A stretch of DNA of 30,633 nucleotides from an uncultured Candidatus Saccharibacteria bacterium. GTDB lineage: Bacteria; Patescibacteriota; Minisyncoccia; Phycocordibacterales; SBAW01. Shown in pieces: positions 16,708-25,029 of the stretch (position 1 is its first letter; the number at the start of each line of letters is the position of its first letter). The position numbers and the translations under genes are program-made. The notes under the pieces are model-generated. The model was not told the DNA's origin, searched no databases, and saw only the letters and a program-made list of their open reading frames with translations. The DNA is taken from assembly GCA_964641145.1 (NCBI GenBank), contig CAZXKI010000001.1, positions 1-30,633 on the forward strand. Reading direction: 5' to 3'.

Positions 16708-18822
16708 ATGGAACTTAGCATTACTGCGGTACTCGCCTTTTTTTCTCTCCTCACTATTGCGAGCGGCACATACTTTTTAGCCGAGCGCATACGCATCCCC
16801 TACACCGTACTTCTCGTCGCCGTAGGCGCCTTTGTATTGGTGCCACTCAGTCATTTAGGCGGTTTTTCATTCATTGACGAGCTCTCTCTCACGCCTGAGC
16901 TGCTGTTTTATATCCTCCTGCCGATCCTGATCTTTGAGTCTGCCTACAACATGAATATTCGCCGCGTTGTCGAGAACACGGCACCCATTCTTTCCCTTGC
17001 CATAGTAAGCCTCTTGATCTCTACGGTATTTACGGGGCTTATGATGACGGCTGCATTTCCGTTCTTTGGACTGCAGATACCCCTCATCATTGCGCTCCTG
17101 TTCGGCGCAATTATCTCTGCCACCGACCCAGTCGCGGTGCTCTCTCTCTTTAAAGAAGTGGGCGCCCCGCGCAGACTGGCGCTTATCTTTGAAGGCGAGA
17201 GTATCTTCAACGACGGCACTGCGGTAGCGCTTTTCTTGGTGCTCCTCGGCATTATCGAGTCTCTGGGCGTAGCAGGGTTCTCGCTCTCTGAAGCGTTCTT
17301 GGGTGGATTTGGCACCTTCCTCTCTATGCTTATAGGCGGCACCCTTATCGGGCTTGTGATGGGCGGTGTGTTTGCCAAGGCTATCGGGTACACTCGCTCA
17401 AATGAGTTCGTCTCAATCACGCTCACCATCGTGCTTGCTCACCTGACCTTTATTCTGACCGAGCTTGTGTCCCAAAGCGGTCTTCACTTGGGGTCAGTAG
17501 AGCTTCATTTCTCAGCCATTATCGCCACCACTATCGCCTCGCTCGTAATGGGTAACTATGGACGCAGCAAGATCCAGCCGCAGGCCGAAGAGTTTGTAGA
17601 AAAATTCTGGGGCCAGTTCGCCTTCTTGGCCAACTCGATCGTGTTCTTACTGGTAGGCCTGATCTTTGCTCAGCTCACCTTCTCACTTACCGAGCTATGG
17701 CTCCCCATCCTTATCACCGTGCTTATTGTGGCAACGGGTCGCGCCCTTTCTATCTATCCTGTTGTGTGGGCACTCAACAAGATTGAATATAAAACTCCTA
17801 TCCCGCGCTCGTGGCAACACCTGCTTGCCTGGGGCAGTCTACGCGGCGCCCTCGCAATCATTATGGTAATGCTGGTTCCCGATACGCTTAGTGTGCCTGG
17901 CTGGACACTCGACTACAGCATTAAAGAATTCTTACTCGCCATTACCGTTGGCTGTATCTTTGCCACGCTGTTTATCAAAGCGACAACCATTGTGTGGCTT
18001 ATGCACAAGCTCAATATCGGCGGCCTCACTGCTATAGAAGAGACTCAGTACCGAAAAGCCCGCACCCTGGTGCACGAACAAGTGCTCTCCCGTCTCAACG
18101 ACTTTTCACAGAAAGGCTATATCGACCCTGTAACGTTTAACGTGCTCTCAGCCGAGCATGGCGGCCGCCAAGCGCTCAACGCAGGCCATACGCAGCACAA
18201 AGAAGCGCCTAACCATTCGGAACAGATTCTTCACCTCTATGCTATTGGCATTGAAAAACATTACTTGAGGGAGCTCTATGCCTACGGCGAAGTGAGTGAA
18301 CAGGTATATAAGCGCATTCTTGGAAAGCTTGCTATCCAGCAAGAACAAATTGAGCACCACATACCGGTAGCCGACCCTTCTCAGTACCGCGACGCACGCG
18401 ATGTATTTGAGATTATAGCCGACGCGGTCCGCCGCACGATCTCTTCGAAGCACTCAACACAAGCCCCCGTCGAGCAGTACATGTATTACCGCGCACAGAG
18501 CATTATTGCGCGCAAGGTTCGTAAAGAACTGGCAGAGATTGAAGAGGCTGGTGGCTTGCAGGCCTTTGGCGCAAAAGCCATGCATACCGTTAAAGAAGTG
18601 TATGAACGCTACCGGATGCAATCGCTTAAAAAGATGGAGGATGTTGCGGTTAAGCACCCCACAGAAACCGCAGAGGCAAACGAACGCCTTGCGCGCCGCG
18701 GCATATTAAAGATTGAGGAAGCAACACTCAATGAACTCAAAGAAAAAGAAATGATTACACCTAAAACATACATTACTCTGCACGACGAGCTTAAAGAAGA
18801 AGCTGAACATCACCGCGAATAG
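16708..18822 (+). CDS. CPA1-family Na+/H+ antiporter (NhaP-like) with long C-terminal cytoplasmic domain
   Basis: LLPILIFESA, ISATDPVAV, FEGESIFNDGTA, GRA and GSLRGAL motifs across about 13 hydrophobic segments. Confidence 0.92.
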   Translation: MELSITAVLAFFSLLTIASGTYFLAERIRIPYTVLLVAVGAFVLVPLSHLGGFSFIDELSLTPELLFYILLPILIFESAYNMNIRRVVENTAPILSLAIVSLLISTVFTGLMMTAAFPFFGLQIPLIIALLFGAIISATDPVAVLSLFKEVGAPRRLALIFEGESIFNDGTAVALFLVLLGIIESLGVAGFSLSEAFLGGFGTFLSMLIGGTLIGLVMGGVFAKAIGYTRSNEFVSITLTIVLAHLTFILTELVSQSGLHLGSVELHFSAIIATTIASLVMGNYGRSKIQPQAEEFVEKFWGQFAFLANSIVFLLVGLIFAQLTFSLTELWLPILITVLIVATGRALSIYPVVWALNKIEYKTPIPRSWQHLLAWGSLRGALAIIMVMLVPDTLSVPGWTLDYSIKEFLLAITVGCIFATLFIKATTIVWLMHKLNIGGLTAIEETQYRKARTLVHEQVLSRLNDFSQKGYIDPVTFNVLSAEHGGRQALNAGHTQHKEAPNHSEQILHLYAIGIEKHYLRELYAYGEVSEQVYKRILGKLAIQQEQIEHHIPVADPSQYRDARDVFEIIADAVRRTISSKHSTQAPVEQYMYYRAQSIIARKVRKELAEIEEAGGLQAFGAKAMHTVKEVYERYRMQSLKKMEDVAVKHPTETAEANERLARRGILKIEEATLNELKEKEMITPKTYITLHDELKEEAEHHRE

Positions 18823-18854
18823 TCACGCTCAAAGCCTACCTGTGCTGAACTTTT

Positions 18855-18882
18855 TTGACTTTTAAATTGAGAGGAGTAAGGT
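18855..18882 (+). promoter_or_regulatory. Candidate promoter of the first CA-like gene
   Basis: TTGACT, 16 nt, TAAGGT. GGAGG SD at 18922-18926. Confidence 0.4.
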
Positions 18883-18932
18883 GGCTAGTGGGCTAGTACC
18901 TGGGCTCAAGTTAGGAAAAGTGGAGGTTGCAC

Positions 18933-19523
18933 ATGCGGCTCTCTGAAGCCGATTTTTCCGTTTTACGGTCTCTGCGGGATTCTGGAGTGCTCGAGGACGC
19001 GATCCCCGATCGTCTCCGAAACAGTCCCCGTAAAGTCGTTTGCCAATGTGGCGACGGACACCGCTTCCCGGAATGGTTCAAGCATCTGGAGTTGCTCTGC
19101 GACAACGATGAACTGATCCATCCGGTCACGGTGAACGGGGGTGCGCTTACGCTCACACCGCCGCTCGCCAACCGCTACGGACGTCCCCACGACCTCGTGT
19201 GCCTCGACAATATTCGCGAGGGTTGCGAGATCAAGGACACCAGGACCATCCTGCTCGGCGTTCACTTCCCGTGCGGCATGGCCATCAACAACGGCCTCTC
19301 GGTGATCGAGGTGTTCGAACGCTTTGTGGCCGGCAAGGAACGGATCCGCGAGAAGATCAGGGGTGCACACCCAATCATGCTCATCCATGTCGACTACGAC
19401 GGGTGGCGCGAGAACGGAGAACGGTTCCGAACCTATTTCTTCAATCGGAAGCGGTTCGAAGCCTATCTTCAGCGTCCGGTCGCACGGCCAGAGTCGTCCC
19501 ACCACGTTGTTCTGCAGGCCTAA
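18933..19523 (+). CDS. Beta-carbonic-anhydrase-like Zn-binding protein (putative)
   Basis: CGDGHR near the N-terminus, NGGAL, and HFPCG: the Cys...His-x-x-Cys ligand pattern of beta-CA folds. GGAGG SD before ATG 18933. Confidence 0.6.
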   Translation: MRLSEADFSVLRSLRDSGVLEDAIPDRLRNSPRKVVCQCGDGHRFPEWFKHLELLCDNDELIHPVTVNGGALTLTPPLANRYGRPHDLVCLDNIREGCEIKDTRTILLGVHFPCGMAINNGLSVIEVFERFVAGKERIREKIRGAHPIMLIHVDYDGWRENGERFRTYFFNRKRFEAYLQRPVARPESSHHVVLQA

Positions 19524-19542
19524 ACGGCCTCACTACGAAAAA

Positions 19543-19576
19543 CCCCGGCATCTCACGATGCCGGGGCCTTCTTTTT
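19543..19576. terminator. Bidirectional intrinsic terminator
   Basis: 10-bp stem CCCCGGCATC/GATGCCGGGG with a TCAC loop, an A-run before and CCTTCTTTTT after. Confidence 0.85.
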
Positions 19577-19579
19577 ATA

Positions 19580-20011
19580 TTATTTTTCTGCGGGAATTCT
19601 GCCCACTTCTTTAAGCGGCCATTCAGTGTCGCTCTTGTACGTTGCACACAGCGCCACCATATCACCCTTAAAATCTAACTCTTTTTTATAGTACTGCATC
19701 ATCTCCTCAGAGTGCTGGTCGTGCTCCATGTCGCCCACCGGGTGGCCTGCGCAGTTATAGTGCGCAATAAATGCAATAGCAACCGGCTTGTGAGCGCCTA
19801 CAAGCAGCTTGAGCCACTTGGCGAGCAATGCGCGCTCGATATCATACTGCTCGATAGCACAGACACCATCAGGGCCTGGGATAGCGATAACGTCTACCCC
19901 ATCTACCCCCAGATGATTCTTAACTGCATTGTTTACATGGACACCCTCCTGGTGGAGACGCCAATCTGCACAAAACACGCCCACAGCAATTTTCTTGCCT
20001 TCTGCTGACAT
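19580..20011 (-). CDS. Small beta-carbonic-anhydrase-like protein (putative)
   Basis: CADWR (CxDxR), IPGPDG and AHYNCAG (HxxC) motifs. Confidence 0.7.
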   Translation of the reverse strand: MSAEGKKIAVGVFCADWRLHQEGVHVNNAVKNHLGVDGVDVIAIPGPDGVCAIEQYDIERALLAKWLKLLVGAHKPVAIAFIAHYNCAGHPVGDMEHDQHSEEMMQYYKKELDFKGDMVALCATYKSDTEWPLKEVGRIPAEK

Positions 20012-20023
20012 ACAACGTAAAGA

Positions 20024-21250
<1,227 letters not shown>

Positions 21251-21275
21251 ACTTAGGCGCTAGTGTACCACATTG

Positions 21276-22913
21276 TCACAAAAATTTCATTTTAAAACGC
21301 TCCTTGTGAAGAGTGACTGAAATCTGGCGCAACATGTCTTCGGCCACCCGATCTTCGGTAGTATGTTCGCCCAATTCTGCCTCAAATCTAAAGCGCAGCG
21401 TTTCTGCCTGCGGTTTAAGCCGCTCCGTAAGTGACGCAACTTCCCCCTCACCCATTACCTCAACCAGTTTGGCGTATATGTCCGACTGAGGACCAAAATG
21501 GAAGATAAGCATGCCGGCTTTGCGCTCAAGAGGCATAAGCGCAGTATCTTCGAGAGCCTGCACCTTCACTTCAGGCTCTTCAGACACCTCGCGTAACACC
21601 GGGTGTTTAGCGACTTCTGCAATCACAGCTGCCTCTGGCACCCGCAAACGCTCTGCAACAATCCGCGCAAAGTGCGCCTGCTCTATCTTGCTGCCCATGG
21701 CGGATATGAGCGGAAGTATGCTGGCCTCTACCAAACGCTGGTAGGCTCGCTCGTCTTTAGCTTGCGGCTTAAGTGCATCTAGAAAGAATTCAACTGCGGT
21801 CTTACTGGTGCGCACCGCAGCTTTAAGAAGTTCTGGATTCTCGCGCGCCACATCGGCAGGGTCTTTACCCTCGGGGAATACCGGTACCTTTACCTCAAAC
21901 CCTGCACTAAAAGCCATTAACGCGCTTTTAAGCCCACTGCGCACGCCGGCCTGGTCGGCATCGAGTGCAAGCACCAGGCGCTTAGAAAGCCGCCCCAAAA
22001 GCGACAGATGTTCAACCGTAAGCGCGGTACCCGAAAGCGCAACGGTAAAATGCAGGCCGGACTGATGTGCCAGGATAAGGTCAAACTGCCCTTCTACCAA
22101 CAAAATGCAGTCGAGTTTACGGATAACTCCTCGCGTCACGGCCTGCCTGCCGGCAGGCAGGTCGAGACCATACAATGTCTTAGACTTTTTAAACAACAAG
22201 GTCTCAGGAGAGTTAACATACTTGGCCGGCTCGGTGTCATCTTTCTGGCCAGGCACTTTTTCAAAAAACCTGCCCGAAACCGCAATAGGATGACCTGCAT
22301 TGTCGAAGATGGGGAACATAATACGCCCCCGAAAACGGTCAAATATGTCTCCCGGCTTTTTCTCTGACTTTACGGCAAATCCCGCATCAACAATGTCGTC
22401 CTTACTAAAACCCTGCCCCACCAAGTGTTTTGATAACTCTTCCCATGCGGCAGGCGCATACCCTAAGCGCCACTGCGAAGCAGTTTCTGGGAGCACGCCA
22501 CGAGTGTGCAAATATTCCTGCACATCTGTACGCTCGACAAGACGGGCTTCAAAAAACGTTACCGCAGCATCAGTTACCTGCCGCAAGCGTTCTTCTTTAT
22601 CTTTTTTCTCGGGGTCGGGAGCTGTTGTGCGCTCAAGTTTGACCCCCGCCTTCTCTGCCAGCTGGCGAAGCACAGTCGGGAAATCACTCCCCTCTATCTT
22701 TTGCACAAAACTAAAAATATCGCCACGCTCACCGCAGCCAAAGCACATGTAGGTGCCGCGCTCGGGGCTTAGATGAAAGCTGGGCGTCTTTTCTTTATGA
22801 AAGGGGCAGCGCGCCGTGTAGTTGCGGCCCGCCTTTTTGAGTTGAACGTATTGCCCCACTATATCCACAATAGAAAGTCGGTCTTTAATCTTTTCTACAT
22901 CACCGGAAGCCAT
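21276..22913 (-). CDS. dnaG: DNA primase
   Basis: Zn-finger CPFH...CFGC, FRGRIMFPI, KYVNSPET, TOPRIM VEGQFD and LALDADQAG, and GKDPAD. Directly upstream of rpoD. Confidence 0.97.
   Translation of the reverse strand: MASGDVEKIKDRLSIVDIVGQYVQLKKAGRNYTARCPFHKEKTPSFHLSPERGTYMCFGCGERGDIFSFVQKIEGSDFPTVLRQLAEKAGVKLERTTAPDPEKKDKEERLRQVTDAAVTFFEARLVERTDVQEYLHTRGVLPETASQWRLGYAPAAWEELSKHLVGQGFSKDDIVDAGFAVKSEKKPGDIFDRFRGRIMFPIFDNAGHPIAVSGRFFEKVPGQKDDTEPAKYVNSPETLLFKKSKTLYGLDLPAGRQAVTRGVIRKLDCILLVEGQFDLILAHQSGLHFTVALSGTALTVEHLSLLGRLSKRLVLALDADQAGVRSGLKSALMAFSAGFEVKVPVFPEGKDPADVARENPELLKAAVRTSKTAVEFFLDALKPQAKDERAYQRLVEASILPLISAMGSKIEQAHFARIVAERLRVPEAAVIAEVAKHPVLREVSEEPEVKVQALEDTALMPLERKAGMLIFHFGPQSDIYAKLVEVMGEGEVASLTERLKPQAETLRFRFEAELGEHTTEDRVAEDMLRQISVTLHKERFKMKFL
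22142..22161. repeat. Perfect 20-bp palindrome CCTGCCTGCCGGCAGGCAGG inside dnaG
   Basis: Exact self-complementary sequence. Read in the dnaG frame it contributes LPAGRQ. Confidence 0.9.
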
Positions 22914-22955
22914 ACGTAACGGTTAGTGTAGCCCTCTTGCCTCCTTTTATCCACA

Positions 22956-22984
22956 TTGACAGGATTATGCCGTTTTAGTACACA
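22956..22984 (+). promoter_or_regulatory. Sigma70 promoter, leader copy A
   Basis: TTGACA, 17 nt, TACACA, then GAATAT and ATG. The same flanks occur in copy C. Confidence 0.65.
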
Positions 22985-22990
22985 GAATAT

Positions 22991-23142
22991 ATGAGCTACA
23001 TGTGCTGGACAACAAAGGCAACACGCAAAGTCACCCTCAACAGTGACGCACATGCGCCTATTGTCCAGCCGCGGTAGTTTGATCTCAACCAAACATGCAT
23101 CGAAACACCCCGGCTGAACAAAAGCCGGGTATTTGTTTCAGC
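22991..23142 (+). ncRNA. Putative structured leader RNA, copy A (contains a 28-codon uORF at 22991-23077)
   Basis: Long stem (GCTGGACAA 23004-23012 / TTGTCCAGC 23061-23069; AGGC/GCCT; GTCAC/GTGAC), then AGCCGCGG, GTTTGATCTC and a terminator hairpin. Colinear with 23908-24060. Confidence 0.55.
23102..23142. repeat. Repeat copy 1: terminator with overlapping alternative hairpin
   Basis: The 24-mer ACCCCGGCTGAACAAAAGCCGGGT (23107-23130) is identical to 24024-24047. Both copies are followed by TTTGTTTCAGC. Confidence 0.9.
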
Positions 23143-23185
23143 GCATAAGATAGTTCTTTTTAGGCGACCATAAAGGAGACTGGAG

Positions 23186-23467
23186 ATGGAAATCATCGAG
23201 CCGCCGCCGAGACTTAGGCTCGACAGCGTGCGCCCCTTGGTTGAGTACCTGCTTGAGCTGTCTCGCGACTGCAGCGACCGAAGGCTCACGTGGGATGAAG
23301 ATGCGCGTGCATGCGAGATCCTTCTCGAGCTTCCCGAGACCTCAAACGCCGCATACGTGCGCACTAAGATACTGCGCTACATCGACCCCGAGTGCCGGCC
23401 GTTTAGAACCTTGACCACCTGGTTCTGCATTGCCCGCACCATTGGAGACCTTCTTCGGAAGGGTTAG
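23186..23467 (+). CDS. 93-aa hypothetical protein
   Basis: AAAGGAG and GGAG SD sites before the ATG and a terminator right after the stop. No family recognised. Confidence 0.7.
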   Translation: MEIIEPPPRLRLDSVRPLVEYLLELSRDCSDRRLTWDEDARACEILLELPETSNAAYVRTKILRYIDPECRPFRTLTTWFCIARTIGDLLRKG

Positions 23468-23473
23468 GTACTT

Positions 23474-23503
23474 CCGGCGCCCTCACCAGGGCGCCGGGTT
23501 TCT
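23474..23503 (+). terminator. Intrinsic terminator
   Basis: 10-bp stem CCGGCGCCCT/AGGGCGCCGG with a CACC loop, followed by GTTTCT. Confidence 0.75.
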
Positions 23504-23510
23504 GTATGTA

Positions 23511-23539
23511 TTGACAATACACGTATTTGAGTGTATAAA
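23511..23539 (+). promoter_or_regulatory. Sigma70 promoter of the 73-aa gene
   Basis: TTGACA, 17 nt, TATAAA: close to consensus. Confidence 0.75.
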
Positions 23540-23580
23540 TAATTTGTACGTTCACCAGAAATAAAAGGGAGTTTCTACCC

Positions 23581-23802
23581 ATGTCTGACATGTCGGAACC
23601 CTTGCAGGAAGCAAAGCTGCTGCGCATGCCCCCTTTTGTCGCATACGTGGGACTGTTCGGAAACGCAGGGATGGCGAGTCTCTGTTTCGGCCTCTACACG
23701 CAGTCGCTCTGGTTCGGACTTGGTGTTCTTTCCGTTCTGACCATGATCATCACGCTGGTTTCGGTAGTCGCCGAGAGCATCGAGAAAGCACGGAGGAACT
23801 GA
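23581..23802 (+). CDS. 73-aa two-TM membrane protein
   Basis: AAAAGGGAG SD and two hydrophobic segments, with its own promoter and terminator. Confidence 0.7.
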   Translation: MSDMSEPLQEAKLLRMPPFVAYVGLFGNAGMASLCFGLYTQSLWFGLGVLSVLTMIITLVSVVAESIEKARRN

Positions 23803-23823
23803 GACAGAACGAGCGGCAACGCC

Positions 23824-23865
23824 AATCGGTGCGAGGGACAGACTCCCCCGCGCCGATTTCTTTTT
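23824..23865 (+). terminator. Intrinsic terminator
   Basis: AATCGGTGCG/CGCGCCGATT outer stem with an inner GGGA/TCCC pairing, followed by TCTTTTT. Confidence 0.7.
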
Positions 23866-23872
23866 ATATACA

Positions 23873-23901
23873 TTGACAGAAAGGTTCGTGCGGGTTATAG
23901 A
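23873..23901 (+). promoter_or_regulatory. Sigma70 promoter, leader copy C
   Basis: TTGACA, 17 nt, TATAGA, then GAATAT and ATG, the same spacing as copy A. Confidence 0.7.
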
Positions 23902-23907
23902 GAATAT

Positions 23908-24060
23908 ATGCGACACCATCGCGGACAGATGAATAGCTCTAAGTGCGCCACCCTCTGGGTCGGCTCTTTAGCTGTTTGTTTAGCCGCGGCTGTTTAATCT
24001 CCTTTCTCAAGATTGATTGAAAAACCCCGGCTGAACAAAAGCCGGGTCTTTTGTTTCAGC
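23908..24060 (+). ncRNA. Putative structured leader RNA, copy C (contains a 29-codon uORF at 23908-23997)
   Basis: Long stem (GGACAG/TTGTTT, AATAGCT/AGCTGTT, GCC-ACCC/GGGT-C-GGC), then AGCCGCGG, GTTTAATCTC and the shared terminator element. Confidence 0.55.
24019..24060. repeat. Repeat copy 2: terminator with overlapping alternative hairpin
   Basis: GAAAAACCCCGGCTGAACAAAAGCCGGGTCTTTTGTTTCAGC, near-identical to 23102-23142. Confidence 0.9.
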
Positions 24061-24090
24061 AAAACTGTTCTTTCACAAAGGGAGTGCGAA

Positions 24091-24741
24091 ATGACGCCTG
24101 TTTTTCTAGACCACCCTCAAAGCTCATCCTGTCTGCTGGTCATGGGCAAAGAGCATGCTGACTTGATCCACAGTCTGCAGAACGACCCAGAAACGCGACA
24201 GTATCTGACCCGCTATATTCCGGAGACGCACGCAGAGGTCATTGAGTGGATCGAGAAACACGACTCCAACAACATTGTGCTTACCGTTGCTACGAAACCG
24301 GATAAGACGCCCATAGGAACGATGGGCTTGCACCGGATTGACTGGAGGAACCGGCGCGCCACGACCGGCGCTGTCCTCTCTCTCGCGAGCTGCAACAAAG
24401 GGTACGGGAGCCACGCCAAGATGCTCCTCTTAGCCCACGCATTTCTGACGCTAGGGCTCAACAAAGTCGAGTCGCGGGCGCATGCCACAAACGAGCGGAG
24501 CATCGCCTATAGCAAAAAGTGCGGCTACGAAGAAGTTGCCAGGCTAAGAAGACACACCTTCCAAAACGGTGAGTGGATCGACGAAGTAATCTTGGAAGTG
24601 CACGCAAGTACGTGGAAACCGCTCTGGAAGCAATTCGAACAGGGCGAGTTCAACAAAAAGCCTACACCTGAACCCTTCCCTGGCCACTATGATGCGTGCA
24701 GCTTGGGCTGGGACGTCTGGCAAGACGGCTGCGGCAGATAA
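24091..24741 (+). CDS. GNAT N-acetyltransferase, RimJ/RimL family
   Basis: IGTMGL..IDW.NRRA..G, NKGYGS, AF..LGLNKV, NERSI....KCGY and LRRH motifs. AAAGGGAG SD before ATG 24091. Confidence 0.9.
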   Translation: MTPVFLDHPQSSSCLLVMGKEHADLIHSLQNDPETRQYLTRYIPETHAEVIEWIEKHDSNNIVLTVATKPDKTPIGTMGLHRIDWRNRRATTGAVLSLASCNKGYGSHAKMLLLAHAFLTLGLNKVESRAHATNERSIAYSKKCGYEEVARLRRHTFQNGEWIDEVILEVHASTWKPLWKQFEQGEFNKKPTPEPFPGHYDACSLGWDVWQDGCGR

Positions 24742-24753
24742 AGCTGACCCCAT

Positions 24754-24788
24754 ACACCCGACGCCTCACGAGGCGCCGGGTGTTTGTT
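24754..24788 (+). terminator. Intrinsic terminator
   Basis: ACACCCG-A-CGCCT/AGGCG-C-CGGGTGT with a CACG loop, followed by TTGTT. Confidence 0.75.
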
Positions 24789-24798
24789 AATATGGTAC

Positions 24799-24827
24799 TT
24801 GACAATGTGTATTTAATAATGTAAAAA
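24799..24827 (+). promoter_or_regulatory. Candidate sigma70 promoter of the 36-aa ORF
   Basis: TTGACA, 17 nt, TAAAAA, in an AT-rich stretch. Confidence 0.55.
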
Positions 24828-24859
24828 TAGATTGTCGGTATAAATCAAGGAGTTCTTCC

Positions 24860-24970
24860 ATGGAGCTGTGTTTTTCGTCACTGGGGGCCGATCCCACTGT
24901 CATCACGAGCGCGATCGCCATCACTGTCTTTCTCTTCCTGACAGGTATTGTCGCACTGATCACGCGGTGA
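24860..24970 (+). CDS. 36-aa single-TM small protein (absent from the supplied ORF track)
   Basis: AAGGAG SD 7 nt before the ATG. MELCFSSLGADPTVITSAIAITVFLFLTGIVALITR*. Promoter before and terminator after. Confidence 0.65.
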   Translation: MELCFSSLGADPTVITSAIAITVFLFLTGIVALITR

Positions 24971-24990
24971 AACAATCGGCACACAACGCC

Positions 24991-25029
24991 AAACGGCGCG
25001 GAATCTAATTCCGCGCCGTTTAACTTTTT
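24991..25029. terminator. Bidirectional terminator for the small ORF and rpoC
   Basis: 14-bp perfect stem AAACGGCGCGGAAT/ATTCCGCGCCGTTT with a CTA loop, followed by AACTTTTTT. Confidence 0.85.

Noticed and set aside
22996-23364. 122-aa minus-strand ORF upstream of dnaG
   Set aside because: Antisense to the 93-aa gene and leader copy A, with no SD or recognisable motif.
23575-23919. 114-aa minus-strand ORF
   Set aside because: It overlaps the + strand 73-aa gene, its terminator and a promoter. All expression signals support the + strand.
23102-24060. CRISPR array from the two 24-bp identical repeats
   Set aside because: Only two copies, 917 bp apart, with genes between them and no cas operon.
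22991-24060. T-box riboswitch interpretation of the duplicated leader
   Set aside because: CCGCG is present but there is no UGGNACC bulge, AG bulge or GNUG apical loop on either strand, and the downstream genes are not amino-acid related.
24787-24984. 65-aa minus-strand ORF
   Set aside because: Antisense to the 36-aa ORF, which has the SD, promoter and TM helix.
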